NCBI GenBank assembly: GCA_000320545.1 | Contig: ADNK01000544.1 | Span: 131,569-195,568, forward strand | Length of the DNA: 64,000 nt | Origin: Bigelowiella natans CCMP2755 | Lineage: Eukaryota > Protista > Cercozoa | Reading direction: 5' to 3' | Shown: piece by piece, positions 52,257-64,000 of the stretch | How the letters are laid out: every line of letters begins with the position of its first letter | How positions within the stretch are numbered: the stretch's first letter is position 1 | The notes under the pieces: model-generated | What the model saw: the letters and a program-made list of their open reading frames with translations, nothing else | The model's database searches: none | What the model was told of the DNA's origin: nothing | Position numbers and translations under genes: made by a program

Positions 52257-54385
52257 GTGTGTGTGTGTGCGTGTGTGTGCGTGTGTTATTTATTCGAGAA
52301 GTATGAAATATTTGTTCTGTGAGAATATCAGGAGGGTGCTCCTCCTCTTCCTCCCCTCTTCCTCTCCTTCTTCTTCATCATCATCATTGATAGGGAGGAG
52401 GTGCTGGAGAACAACCACGGCAGAGAGTGCTTCCGCTCTTTGCTAGCCGAGCTCAGAATGCCTAAAAGAGAGAGCGAGAGAGAGATATTTATTATCTATA
52501 TGTGACTACTAGTAATAATAATGATGTTGATGATGATGATTGAATGCGTAATGGTCACACACGAACAAAAGAAGAAGAAGAAGAAGAAGAAGAAGAAGAA
52601 GAAGAATAATAAGAAAAGATTTATTGACTATCAATCACGTTATTAGCATTAGTAGTATAAATTTCCTGCCGCTACTCATACAACATCGCCTAATAATGCA
52701 CTACTTGCATGGGTTCCAACACTCTCACTTGGACTCGTATCGCCAGTCTGAACAACAAGAACAACAGCTTTGAATTACTATTCCAAACTCACGACATCAT
52801 TTAAATAATAAATTTATTCTTCGACAGCAGCCATTCTCTCTTATTCACTTATTATTTTATTCAGGCAGGTGGTGCCTTCTCATTTCACCTTCTGTTACGT
52901 ACTACCTGCTCAATATCATTAACACGCGTTTTGCCGTCTCCCACTCCTGCTGCTAGTGTCGCTTTATCTGCGATGTTGTGGTCCTGAGCAAAGCTTCTAT
53001 CTTGTTCCGCCTCTTCCACCCCCTCCTCCTCTTCCTTCTTGTCGTTATTGCCAGTGGCTTGTTGTCGCCGTAGTTGTCTTCTCCGGTGACGACTATGGAT
53101 GATGACGAATTGCGATGATACATCCCGTGAAATCCAAGGTCTACACCATCATCACCGTTGTCGTCGTTGTGCTGCTGCTGCTGCTGCTGCTGCTTCAACT
53201 TTGATTCCTCCTCCTCGGCCCCCTCCCCTTCCTCTGCTTCATCTTCTCCAACGTTATTTCCTCCCTTTTCACTACTACTACTATTGAAAGTAGCTCTGAG
53301 TCTATCCGTCACCCTAGCAGCAGCAGCAGCAGCGGCAGCATCCGCATCAGCATTGGCAACCTTCCGCCGTCTCCTCATCCTCCTCCTTCTTCTCATAACT
53401 TCTTCTTCTCCTTCTTCTTCTTCTTTTTCACGTGTGAAGCTATTGTTGCTGCTGCTACTACTGCAATCGCCGTCGCCATCGTCGTTGTCATTGTGATCAT
53501 CATTATCATAACCAACTCTACTGCTAATATTATTATGTTGTTGCATTCTGTAGTGAGGATTCCTCCCATCTTCTTCCTCCTTCTCTTCTTTCTGGCTGCT
53601 TGAAACCTCCTCCTCCCCCTTCTTATGGTGATTTTCCTCCTCATCATTATCCTTCTCATTTTCAGTTATATCATCACAATCACCACCGTCTCGCTTTTCC
53701 TCCTTTTTGATTTTGACACCATCATCATCATCATCATCGTCGTCGTCATAACCATGAGCTGTGATAGTGTCATTATTTCCGCTGCCGTCGTAAGACTTGG
53801 TGACTTTATTATTGCTATTTTCGTCATCTCCATCCCCATTGTCGTTGATATCATCATGACTTAGTGGATCTACGTGCTGCTGCTGCTCAATTACCACCTC
53901 TTTTTGGTGACCATCTCTCAAGAAATCTATTGTTGTTTGCATGCTTCCAGTGATGAAGCTACCACCCGCAGCGGCGCCGCCCATCCCCCCCCCTACAAAG
54001 CTACCGCAATTTTTCTTCGAGAGCTGAGCTCTCTTTGCGTGGGCGTATTCCCCTTCATCATCAACCTTCCTCTGCTTCTCCTCCTGGGTAGAAGTAGTAG
54101 TAGTAGTAGTAGTAGCTTCCACCGTCAATCCATCGATTCCTGCTTCTTCTTCTTCTTCTTCTTCTTCTTCTTCTTCGTGTTCTTTTCTTTCGTCTTCCAA
54201 TGCCAGTGCGAGACCGCTACTAATAATGCTGTTGATGGCCGTGTTTGAACATGCTGCTGCTACTCCAGCGCCATCGATGATGGTGATGGGCTTTGGCGAT
54301 GGAAGCGTCTCGGTCTCTGCAAATAATCAATGACCGATTATTAATGACACAGTATTATTCATCAAAGTATCTATCGTAGCTGCTT

Positions 54386-54421
<36 letters not shown>

Positions 54422-56207
54422 TCTAACTGTTAATCTAGCTCGTGCTGTTGCTGGGATGATAATTATGGGCTGGGCAGTAGTACATCATACGCTACCATTC
54501 AATCTCAACTGAGTGAGTGAGAGACCAACCTGCTGTATCACCTGCCGCTGCTGCTTTAGAACTATCCAGGTTACTACCCGTGGCACAGCGTGAGCGGTAG
54601 CTATATGGAAACTCGCTATCGTCATCATCGTCGTCGTCGTCTTCTGCAAGTTGTTTCATGACAGACTGAAGCCCTTGGGAGATTTCTAGCCGAATTTCTT
54701 CGTCTAATATCCGCTCCTCTTTTGAAAGTCGGGATTCTTCCTCCCCACGCTTTCCAACGCCCTTTCCATCGTGGTCATCGGCCGCAACCCCCTTATTCAA
54801 TGGCGAAGCAATGGAAGATGTGGCAGCCTTGCTCATGCTGTGATCAACAACCTTGTCTTTTGCAGTATTATCGCCATCTTCCTCTTTATTAGGCGAAAGA
54901 TCCAGCCCTGCTTCATCATCATCATCATCACCATCGACAGTGGAAATGCGTTGCGACAGATGATCACCAGTTTCCCCCTCCTGTTGTCCCTTCGCATGTT
55001 ATGAGAAACCCCAATGAGCAATTGTGTTGTAATAGACATGGATCATTCCCAACGACCACCTTCACAACACGACTACGATTTATTTATTCAGTCACTTGAT
55101 CGCTCAGTGATATGTGTGTGTTGTATGTGAACCTCTCCCCCTTCCTCTTTTGAGGCTTCGTCATGAAGTTGTTGCAGCTTATCAGTCTTAGCTGAAAGCT
55201 CTTGTTTCAGTCTACACAAATTGACATATCTGTTCTCATACAGGGCCATGTGGTTATCTTTTCCTTAAATTGTTTTCGCTATTATCTTTTTTATTTCTCC
55301 TATTACGACATCATCACGTAAAGAGATACATTAGTCCCAATCAGCACAGTGTACAACACCTAAGAAGCTCTCGATCCATCCGCGCTTTCTCTTCAGCTCT
55401 CGCCTCTTTCTCCTCGTTTTCCTTTGCCCTAATTAGTCAAGATTATTATCTCATAATCAGCACATGAAAAGAGGAACCGTAGGCATCAAATTCAGGTCCT
55501 TTTTATAGTCATATGATGATGCAGAATCGCCCTTTCTGTATCACCATTACGCTGCCAAAAGCACTGTTGGAAATCCCTGTGTATGCCTTGAGCATTCCTG
55601 CATTCTCCCCTCCCCTCCCCCCCTTTCTGTGTTTTTATCCCTGTCTTTTCTAGCCTATGTTTAATATTATGTGTGGAGATCTGGCACGCAGCAACACCTT
55701 CGTATCCTTTCCGCCCTTCTCCTTTTCATTCTCTCTAAAGTCTCTGAGTCTATTGTTCTTGCGTTAGACGACGCTTCAGAATCCCCTGAGAGATCTATCA
55801 ACTTTGCTGTCTTCTTTCGGCCTTTTTTCTTCTTCTTCTTCTTCTTTTTCTTTTTCATTCCTGCCTTTCTCCCTTTGCCATCGGTCTATGCGTAATTTGT
55901 TGTTTGTTTATTGATCAAAAGTCACAGTGATTTTTTTACTGAACGTTAGTAATAGAAAATTGGCAACCTGGGCCTTCCCCCCTTCGTCTCCTCCCTCCTC
56001 TTCCGCTTGCGGGAACTCACAATCTTGATATCCCTACGCAAAGACAGATTTGTAATGTTTCCTGTTTTTTTCTCTGTGTGAGAGACCTTCCGAACCACTC
56101 TATCTCACTTCCTCTGCACGGACATCACTCTAAAATCAAATGGAGAAGATTCTCAGTTCATTAGATTTAAATACCCAGCTGTCCTTCATAAACCCAAGCG
56201 TGGCCAT
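46496..56207 (-). CDS. Rubicon-homology (zf-RING_9; DEF8/PLEKHM/Rubicon-type) domain protein with long low-complexity N-terminus
   Basis: 3' exons give GGKCRQC...KWFKCRYTGALYCDNCHQN..RPMPWRLVHDLNPRPSFVC-FAQEYLDSIATVPLL...HVQNC..CQNRGHVCGIC...VYSFD...KCPGCLTIFHKAC...ECPRCKEI. The 5' extent is less certain. Confidence 0.82.
46740..55860. repeat. Microsatellite-saturated zone: (CA/TG)n, (TA)n, (CT/AG)n, (CAT)n, (CTA)n, (GAA)n, (GTT)n, (GAG)n
   Basis: Dozens of SSRs in both introns and exons, e.g. a compound (GT/GC)n at about 52103-52286 and a 12-bp GGATGAAATGAT tandem at about 48033-48075. Confidence 0.95.
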
Positions 56208-56619
56208 CTTGCCGAAGGCTGCAACCAGCTAAAAAGCAGCCAGATAGGGGGAGGTAAGTTTTTTCTTGGATTTTATGAAATTGTGTTCCTAGCTTTGTTG
56301 TTAAAAAAACCTTAATAATGTCGACAGAATTACTGAAAATCACTCTCGAATTCAGAAGGATCTCGAGGCAATATTCGTCATTTTTGTTGATCTTTGTATT
56401 TAATAATATTTCTGGTATCACGATATATCTTGCATATTATATTTCCTTGTAAGAGAGACCGGAACATAAAATATTTTAAAAATAGAAACAGCTCGTAACC
56501 CGAAAAGGACGATCTGCACCAGGGGGGGGCGGAAGCATCATCGTGGCAAGCGGAAGACTTGTGATTCATTTGCTGTCCATTCGCAAATACGTTAGTGTCT
56601 CTCACAGATAGCACGAAAA

Positions 56620-57101
56620 ATGGTGTACGGTTTTCTCCTCTTGCCGGCCAAGCCCGCGCCATGGAAGGTGTGCATCGACAGTGTTGTAAGAATCTGTATG
56701 CAACAGTCTGCTTCCTTACTAGCTTATGCCCTAAGCTATATCCGTTTGATCCCATTGAATAGGGAAAGTCAAACGATTCGAAGAGTAAAAGTGGTACTTC
56801 CTCTGAACCTATCGTGACCTGGGCCACTCGCTTCTACGACAGCGAGGGGTAATTACAGAAAATAAGTATCAGCTTATAGCTAGCACGTGCCTGCGCCGAA
56901 GTCAGACACGTTAGAGAACAGCAATAAGCTTATTTATTTCCTACCTTCTCATATGGTTCTTGTCTGCTCAGAAATAACAAGTGGAGCTGTGCGAGAGCCA
57001 AAGCGATTGCGAAACGAGTCCGACAAGAGTTCAGCGTCGCTGTGAGTTTCTCTCCACTTGTTTTCTCATTACCTACCCCCCCCCCCCCTCCCCCAGTGTA
57101 T

Positions 57102-57156
<55 letters not shown>

Positions 57157-58097
57157 CGTGCCGAGCTTTTAATATAGACTAACACCCATGGCTATGATTA
57201 CATACTTTCCATTTTGATGAACCAGAGCGCCGATATGGAGAAAGAGGAACAAGGCATGTGGACTAGGACAACTAGGGATGCAGACGAAAAACGGTGCACA
57301 ACTCATACGCACATACACAAATACATAATTGCATGAATCGATGTTATCAATGGTTTCCTTGCCGGGAACAACAGGACTTTTCGCGGTGCGTTTCGCCTTC
57401 CGCGAGGTAAGATGCTGTCGAAGCCAAAAGTCATCCTCTGGCTCCATATGAAGAGGTACCCTATCTCTTTTCCAATGCACTTATGAACAACATTCTCATA
57501 TAATGAAAATCTTAATGGCATGAAGCTTACATTCTGATTTCGAGCTTCTCGCGGCGTGTTTATTCAGGGTGATAGGAACACTAATATGCGAGGATCATGT
57601 GAATGTTCTACTTGCAGCCAACCAGGTTGGATGGAGCTTTTTCCTTTCCTTATATTTTCGCAGAAATCTTCAAAATTTTGTTTTGCTTCGTTAACAAAAT
57701 CGCATCCATCCCTCCTTCAACTAATGAAATAGATTCTCTAGATCCATTCTTTAGTTCCATCATAATCCCCGTTTTCTGATTCATGATAAAGCTTGAGCTA
57801 CTGATGAACTCGATCACGGAGCACTATGGATCTGATGTGGAAATGTCAGCGAAGTTGGTCTGTTGCTAATGAATTAATAGAAAATTGCAATATTTGAAAG
57901 CCTTGTCTCTGACGGATGAGACTGTTCCTAAAACTTTCCCCTACCCTTTCGAATACATTTAGGTCAATGAGAAACCGGAGGAGTTGCACATGCTGTTAGA
58001 CAGATTTCTGCCGTGCGGACATCTTCAATTTTTGTCTGAAAGCGACGTGAAAAAGGAGCTCGCGGAACTTGCGATTTTGTTACACAAGCAAACATAA
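56620..58097 (+). CDS. AP5S1: AP-5 adaptor complex subunit sigma-1
   Basis: Spliced: MVYGFLL...RFYDSEG...AIAKRV...RGAFRLP...KPKVILWL...TLICEDHVNVLLAANQ...KPEELHMLLDRFLPCGHLQFLSE, parallel to the AP5S1 motifs GAFRL, ENLLLAE and RFLPHGQLLFLN. Confidence 0.88.
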
Positions 58098-59093
58098 CAT
58101 AAATTTTATGATCGTAATTTTAAACGTGGCTATCACATCATGGTGGTAAAATAATTACATCAACAATGAAATTGACGAAACCAGCATTTTTATGCACATC
58201 TAAACAGTGCAGCAGGCAAGGTGCATGTTATGGTGCGACATCATAATCAAAGTCTGCATACTCTGCCGCAGCCGAGATGCATTGCGTACGTAAGGTATCA
58301 GCATAATACTACTACCTCGCAAACGATAACGCATTGTAGCATATTCTGTCAAAGCGCGCCGTGCTTATCGCTGCACCTCGGGTGAATGCATTACTCCGTA
58401 GCTAGCTGTGCACTTCAGAACCCGTTTGTATTGGTAATAGAATAGACACAGTAATATGATATATATTACATTGTCTATATAATATTGTTTAGCTGCTCTA
58501 GCTGGTTTGCACGTATACACAAAAGTGGCGGCCAGTATGGACACGAATCGCCGAGCAGATATACAGTTACGATACCGCCACGTGCTATTTTGATTGAGAT
58601 GTAACATTTAACGAGAATACTGCATGTCGCAGCTATACAGCTTGGCAATGATACATGCGCATAGCTGCGGCGGCGGCAGCTGTCGTTTTAATAAGCCGAG
58701 CGATAATGATAAATTGTATAGCTTTGAGTAAAATATATGCGCTAATAACTAACATACACGCCTGTGCTCGTGTACGTGCGTCGAACTCCACGATGCACGC
58801 GTACGTGTACAAATATAGCGCCACCCCGTAATGTAAATGTACATCATAATATGTGTATAATGTACCGTGCCGTCTATGAAAGCATATTCTTTATTTGGTG
58901 TGACATGAATTCCACATGTGTCGAAAGGATATGCATGAAAAAATGCACTTATGCACTCATAATGAGTCACCATTATTACATACACAGCATATATACCATT
59001 AGTCTCTGTCATCTTATTATATATTTTCTCCAGTTTGAGAGACCATTCTAATATATCTATTACATGTATCACAACGAAACACGTTCACAAATC

Positions 59094-61644
59094 TTAAAAT
59101 GCTTGTCTAGTTGCATCTGGTACTGTTGCTTGCCAATCCTCTGACATTATGACGTCCCTCAAACAAGGAATTAATACCTTAACAATCTGTTTCTGGGCTG
59201 GGCTCCTTGCTCTCGTGTAGCCACCCTTTGACCTGGCGCGAAAGGGGAGCTTCTTCGTCTTCGGCTCTAAAAGGTTATGTGTAACTTCCAGAATGATGTT
59301 GCGACCCTTGGATTTGCCTACTATTGACGCCGGGATCTTGACTGAAAGTCTTTTACGTGATATCTCACAGGGTTTAAGAACCCCCTCGGGATTTGCTAGC
59401 GAGATTTGAAAAGGATTGGGTATCCTGAATTTGTACTTGAGGGACTTTGAGAAATGGCTATTGTACATCATGAGGCACACATCCATTCGGATGAAACTCA
59501 TTTGGCTCTCCGAACACAGCTGAACCGACGATATTGGGCTGTGATCGTTTACCGTGTCGTTTATCCCCTCGTTAAATCTTTGATCGTCGCTGTCGTAGTC
59601 AAGATCATAATTTGAGCTTGGTTGCATCTTCAAGTTTGTCGTCATACTTGTGACTTGGCCTGTTCTTCGCTCCCCTACTACGGATGGACTCCGTACGGAA
59701 CTATGGATTTTATTTTGCGAGGGGGAAAGAAACTTAAGCTTCCGCCAGGTAGTTGGGGACATCGTTTGTTTGTTCTTCGTAAAGATATGTTGTCTTGTAG
59801 AATGAGCTAGATGTGCCCAACAGAATGGACAATCTTGCTTACAATCCTCTATTAAAGGCTTGACAAACGCATCGCAATCAGCATGAAAAGTACGTAGCGT
59901 TTTCGAAGGTGACATCGTCATTTTCAAATTTAAAGATCTTGTTCTCTGCGAAGGCCTTCCTTCTCGCTGCATGATCTTAAACATGGCATCAACTTGAGCT
60001 AGGTGTAGATTCCGTGAAAAAGATATGCGACTTGACAAACAACCAAGTTTGTACCAGTTTTGGCACTCATCAACACGAAGTTTGATCCTATATCTCCGAA
60101 TATATGCTGCGCGCCACACTAAATTGCAGGCTGGGGTCTGCATGAATTGCCGAACACCTCTGCTCACAGAGCAAAACCGTGCTAAATCAGCATTGGGAAG
60201 GTAAGAGAGCATCTGCGACGCACGTCTTGGGCATTTCTTTGAGAGAGAATTGAAGAGTTTGAAAGAATCTTTACTTCTTTGATGGAGCATGCGTCTGTCC
60301 CCCATCCAATTTTGGTATTCCAATGAAGATGCTATCCGGAAAGCAAGTGAACTGATCGGTGTGAAAGGATGGCGGACATCGTTGATTCCGCAAAATATTT
60401 TGCTCCACCCCTTTTGAGCTAAATCGCATGAAAAAACTGGCCCACGTTCTAAAGAAAATTTTCTATTGACAACGTGCTTTTTCAGTGTTCTCGACGAATC
60501 TACATGCCTCCATTGCCTCGACGCAGCTGTGATTAAGTTCATCTTGGTGTTTGGAGGCGAGAAGGAGCCTGAAATATATTGAGCGACAATTTCAAACGGC
60601 CTTTTTCCTGGAGGAACACTCTTCCTAAGCATCCAATCTTGAATTCTAGATGTGTTGAACAGAAACTGAACATTCCCTCCCTGGAGAGGCCGCAGTAATA
60701 GATTGAAAGGCCTGATCGTAACTACAGAGGGATCCGTAGTCTTTAACCTCACAAGCATTGTGGATTCTCTGCAAGAATTAAATAGCTGACCAACTACAAT
60801 GGTTGTGTTTCGCTTTTGCCCTATCATCCCACTAGAGCTACGCTGATTTCGTCGAAGATGCTGCTGCGAAGAAAAAAGGGAAGACGTGGAACCCGTTTCT
60901 AACGTAGCTGCTCCCAATGGTTGTATTTCCAAACGATGAGAAAGGGGAAGAAAGGAAGATAATATATTCGAATAATCAAAGTTTTCCCTTCCCACTCTAT
61001 TTTTGCCGCCGTCTGTCCTTTTAGTTTGAATGAAGTGCAGATTGTTCCTGCTAGCCAGGATATCACAGACAGCATAAAGGAGTCTATTACTCTCTATATT
61101 GGAACTAGAAACAAGAGAAGGTAGTGATTTTCGTTTTTTAAGGCTTTTGGTAAGCATGGGAAAGAAGTGGCACTCAAGAAGTCGTTTCCATGTGGCTTCT
61201 GCCCCGAAATCGATTAAGTGTCTCCACCGCCGACTCAAGCGCCCCAACCGGCACAAAGTCTGGGAATCACAAAATTCAATCACATGCTCCCAGATGCCGT
61301 GTGTAACCATAGCTGCCCGGTTTCGTGCGAAGCCAGTGGAGAGGGAGGTGTAGCTAAGCTGCTTGTCCTCCCATTCCAAAGATCGCCGGTGTTGGAAATA
61401 TGACCAAATCTTAAAATTAACTTCAATATTTTATGTCGCAGACTAAAAACCAAAGACATTATACATATTTTCCCGTCGTATAACGCCTAACCGGTAGATC
61501 GTGCGACGCTTCGAAGACTCCAGCATGTTCTTCGCTAGTATGAGTAGGAAAAACAAAAAACAAATTAGATCTACAGCAAAATCCACACTGAAATTGTCCT
61601 TTTTTACTCCACAAAATTCCCGCTGTCATCCACTTAATTTCCAT
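59094..61644 (-). CDS. Protein with two F-box domains, each followed by an MSP/PapD-like domain
   Basis: F-box 1 IWEHVIEFCDSQTLCRLGRLSRRWR; MSP-like LFNSCRESTMLVRLKTTDPSVVTIRPFNLLLRP; F-box 2 QMLSYLPNADLARFCSVSRGVR; MSP-like MYNSHFSKSLKYKFRIPNP...PEGVLKP. One huge exon plus a short 5' exon. Confidence 0.75.
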
Positions 61645-61862
61645 GCGCTTTCGGTTTTAGTGCTGTCGCTATCTGAATACGCACTGTAATCCAAATAAAC
61701 CGAACTTTTTTTTTGGAAAGAAATTCAATTTCACGGATTTGAATTTGAACTGGAAAGCTTCTCCAACCAACGTCAAGGATTGTTGTCTCTCGCGAACACA
61801 GGGAGAACGGCCGGTTCAACTAATCATCAGCGATTGAATAGAGGAGAGACCAGATTAGATGC

Positions 61863-61957
61863 ATGGTTGACTGCATCACGATCCTCCTACTTCTTGCGTC
61901 GGCGCTCTTACCAGAAGTGGCTGTAGCAGGTGTGCAAATTATACGTATGTTGTACAC

Positions 61958-62003
<46 letters not shown>

Positions 62004-63167
62004 TCCACACATACATGTGAATATGAAAGATATAAATTTTATCATTTGTTTATCTACCTATGTATACGCTCGTGTTTCGTATGTGTGCGCGCGTGTGTGC
62101 TTGTGTAAATGCACGACTTTGGAAAGAGCTTGTCCACAAAGCCCGATATCATTTATTCAAACAAAGGCGAATGGACTTCACACAATTGCTCTGGACTCGA
62201 TAGCCGTGACGAATGTGGACACGGGTAAATCTCAACCATCATAAATTGAGAAAGAAAGAGCAAGAGGAACACCACTGCTCCACCGAACAATATTGTTTTA
62301 TTTCGTCCCTCCATCAACATTTATTTATCTTACTGATGCTCAGGACATGCCTAACCTCCTCTGAAATTAATTCGAATCCGGTCTTCCTCTGCAAGTGCGA
62401 CGATGCATATCTTTCAAAAGATGGTAAATTCTATCAAAAAACGCAGGCATGCTCCTCATACTCATCCTTCATGTGTGCTGCCACAGGTGTGTGCAATTAT
62501 CGGCAGAAGATGTTTGGCCCTACATTCCTATACTCATTATTTTTTGGTAAGTAACCTTGGTCACTAAGACTCGAATGGGATGCTCTTTTAAATTTTGAAG
62601 AATAGCTGCCCTAGGCATGTATCAATGTCTGGTACAGGGAAAACATGACTGAGGAAATTTTATTTATTTATTAGGCTTCGTCGGAGCAGACTACTTTTAC
62701 TTAGCTCGGGGCAATTTTCATTACTTTCTTTACGGTAATTGTTGAAATATTTAAGCCTCTTAAATGGTATCTTAATGTGTATAAACACTTCAGGTTCTAT
62801 GAAAGCTGTCACCTTAGGGTTCTTTGGTTTATGGCAGCTCATAGATATTATCCGCTTGCTTGCAGGTGCGATATCTTCCTGTAGAACCCCACGTTCAAAG
62901 TGTAATAATCGCACCCTGCAGGATATAAACTTAATTTCTACGTCCTGTGTAATCGGACCAAATGTGTGCGGATATGAGTGCCGCGCGTGTGTGTATGTGT
63001 TGTATATGTGTGCACAACGTAAGTGCCATCCTCGAAATGAGGAAAACTAATGAAGAATAGTTATCGAAGTAATGATATGTGTGCGAATATACATCTCAAA
63101 AGGTAACTTAAAAGATGGAAATGGAAAAGAGCTATTCAATGACTTTGATGATGCTGGATATTACTAG
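61863..63167 (+). CDS. TM2-domain membrane protein with signal peptide
   Basis: Signal MVDCITILLLLASALLPEVAVA; CKCDDAYL..CNYRQK; TFLYSLFFG-FVGADYFYLA...KAVTLGFFGLWQLIDIIRLLAG..KDGNG. Confidence 0.85.
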
Positions 63168-64000
63168 ATTATTAGACCTGCTTGAATTTAATCTCCTTCG
63201 TCCCCTGGCAGCAGCCTGAAAATATTACTGATCGAATTCTATGTTGAGGAGAAGCTCACTAAGGATTCTGTATTTAAAGTATTTCTGTAATGACATCCAA
63301 ACAATATGTCCCTTATGAACAACGCTCATGCGCCGCAGTACTGACCGAATAATATAAAAATAACCTTTGCAAGAAAAGACCACATCTAGAAGCAAGCGGA
63401 TAACATGCATTATTTGGGCTCGCGCAACAAAATTTGCTTGGCTTTGCACACTATGAGCTGCGCAGCGCATTAGCCTGCGACATACACAAGCTGCGCCGCG
63501 CGGTGCTCTTGTATGCCGCGCCCGCGCTTTTTAATCATAATGAGAGCCATGCACTTGTAACAAGCTTTACTACTTACTACTAGCTCCCTCTGGCCGGCGG
63601 CAACGCACCCCCCTCACCCCCTCCCCCCCCCCTTTGTACCACAGTACTATCACTGCATATACACGCGGTTTGCTTATACCTACTTAATATTATTAGCTAA
63701 ACGACGGGTGAACGCAGTCGGGACTTGATGAACAATAACTAGAATAAGCTGCAGGCTCTGCAATTGAGCGAATATAGACTCCACCTCCAATAATAAGTGT
63801 CGCAAGGCAAATCATTAAAAAATCACGGTCACAAAGCGTGGGATCGATGAATGCATTAAGTGTCTACATCAGCTATGCTAGGCCAGCAAGAGATGGTAAT
63901 CAAAAACCCATTCAAGATGAGGCCACCCATAGCGTTGTCCTGCACTTTTGGACATCAAAAGCTCAGTGCAAGTTTCATCTTGTTTCCGGCTGGGTTGAAA

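Noticed and set aside
51875-52446. ORFs of alternating Cys-Val (also HT, YI, ER, SL repeats elsewhere)
   Set aside because: Translations of intronic dinucleotide microsatellites.
63225-64000. Possible minus-strand gene end after the TM2 gene
   Set aside because: Only short open frames with no recognisable motif. It would fit the alternation pattern but cannot be supported.

Overview
Eukaryotic nuclear DNA from an intron-rich, flagellated protist (GT-AG introns, CFAP210, AP-5 sigma). The style is compatible with a chlorarachniophyte or other rhizarian, but the organism cannot be established from sequence alone. About 18 genes or pseudogenes were reconstructed by hand: ubiquilin, an MMPL pseudogene, an ankyrin-repeat protein, Rab8/RabE, a PH + permuted papain-like peptidase, CFAP210, a triple glycosyltransferase, a CTFxP-repeat protein, a PBZ + 2OG-Fe(II) oxygenase-like protein, an ENaC/DEG-like 2-TM protein, a Rubicon-homology protein, AP5S1, an (F-box-MSP)x2 protein, a TM2 protein and several unknowns. 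They alternate strictly in strand, with short head-to-head gaps and roughly 0.6-3 kb tail-to-tail gaps. The standout signal lies in the tail-to-tail gaps: islands where the dinucleotide TpA is almost completely erased, apparently converted to TpG/CpA, while CTAG is spared and enriched. The clearest case has one TA in 1,466 bp (28768-30233) and overlies decayed intronless genes whose Tyr codons appear to have become His/Cys. This looks like a targeted A:T->G:C hypermutation of mobile or foreign DNA, a mirror image of fungal RIP. I do not know of a described mechanism for it; that interpretation is inference. Exon boundaries were read by eye and are approximate.
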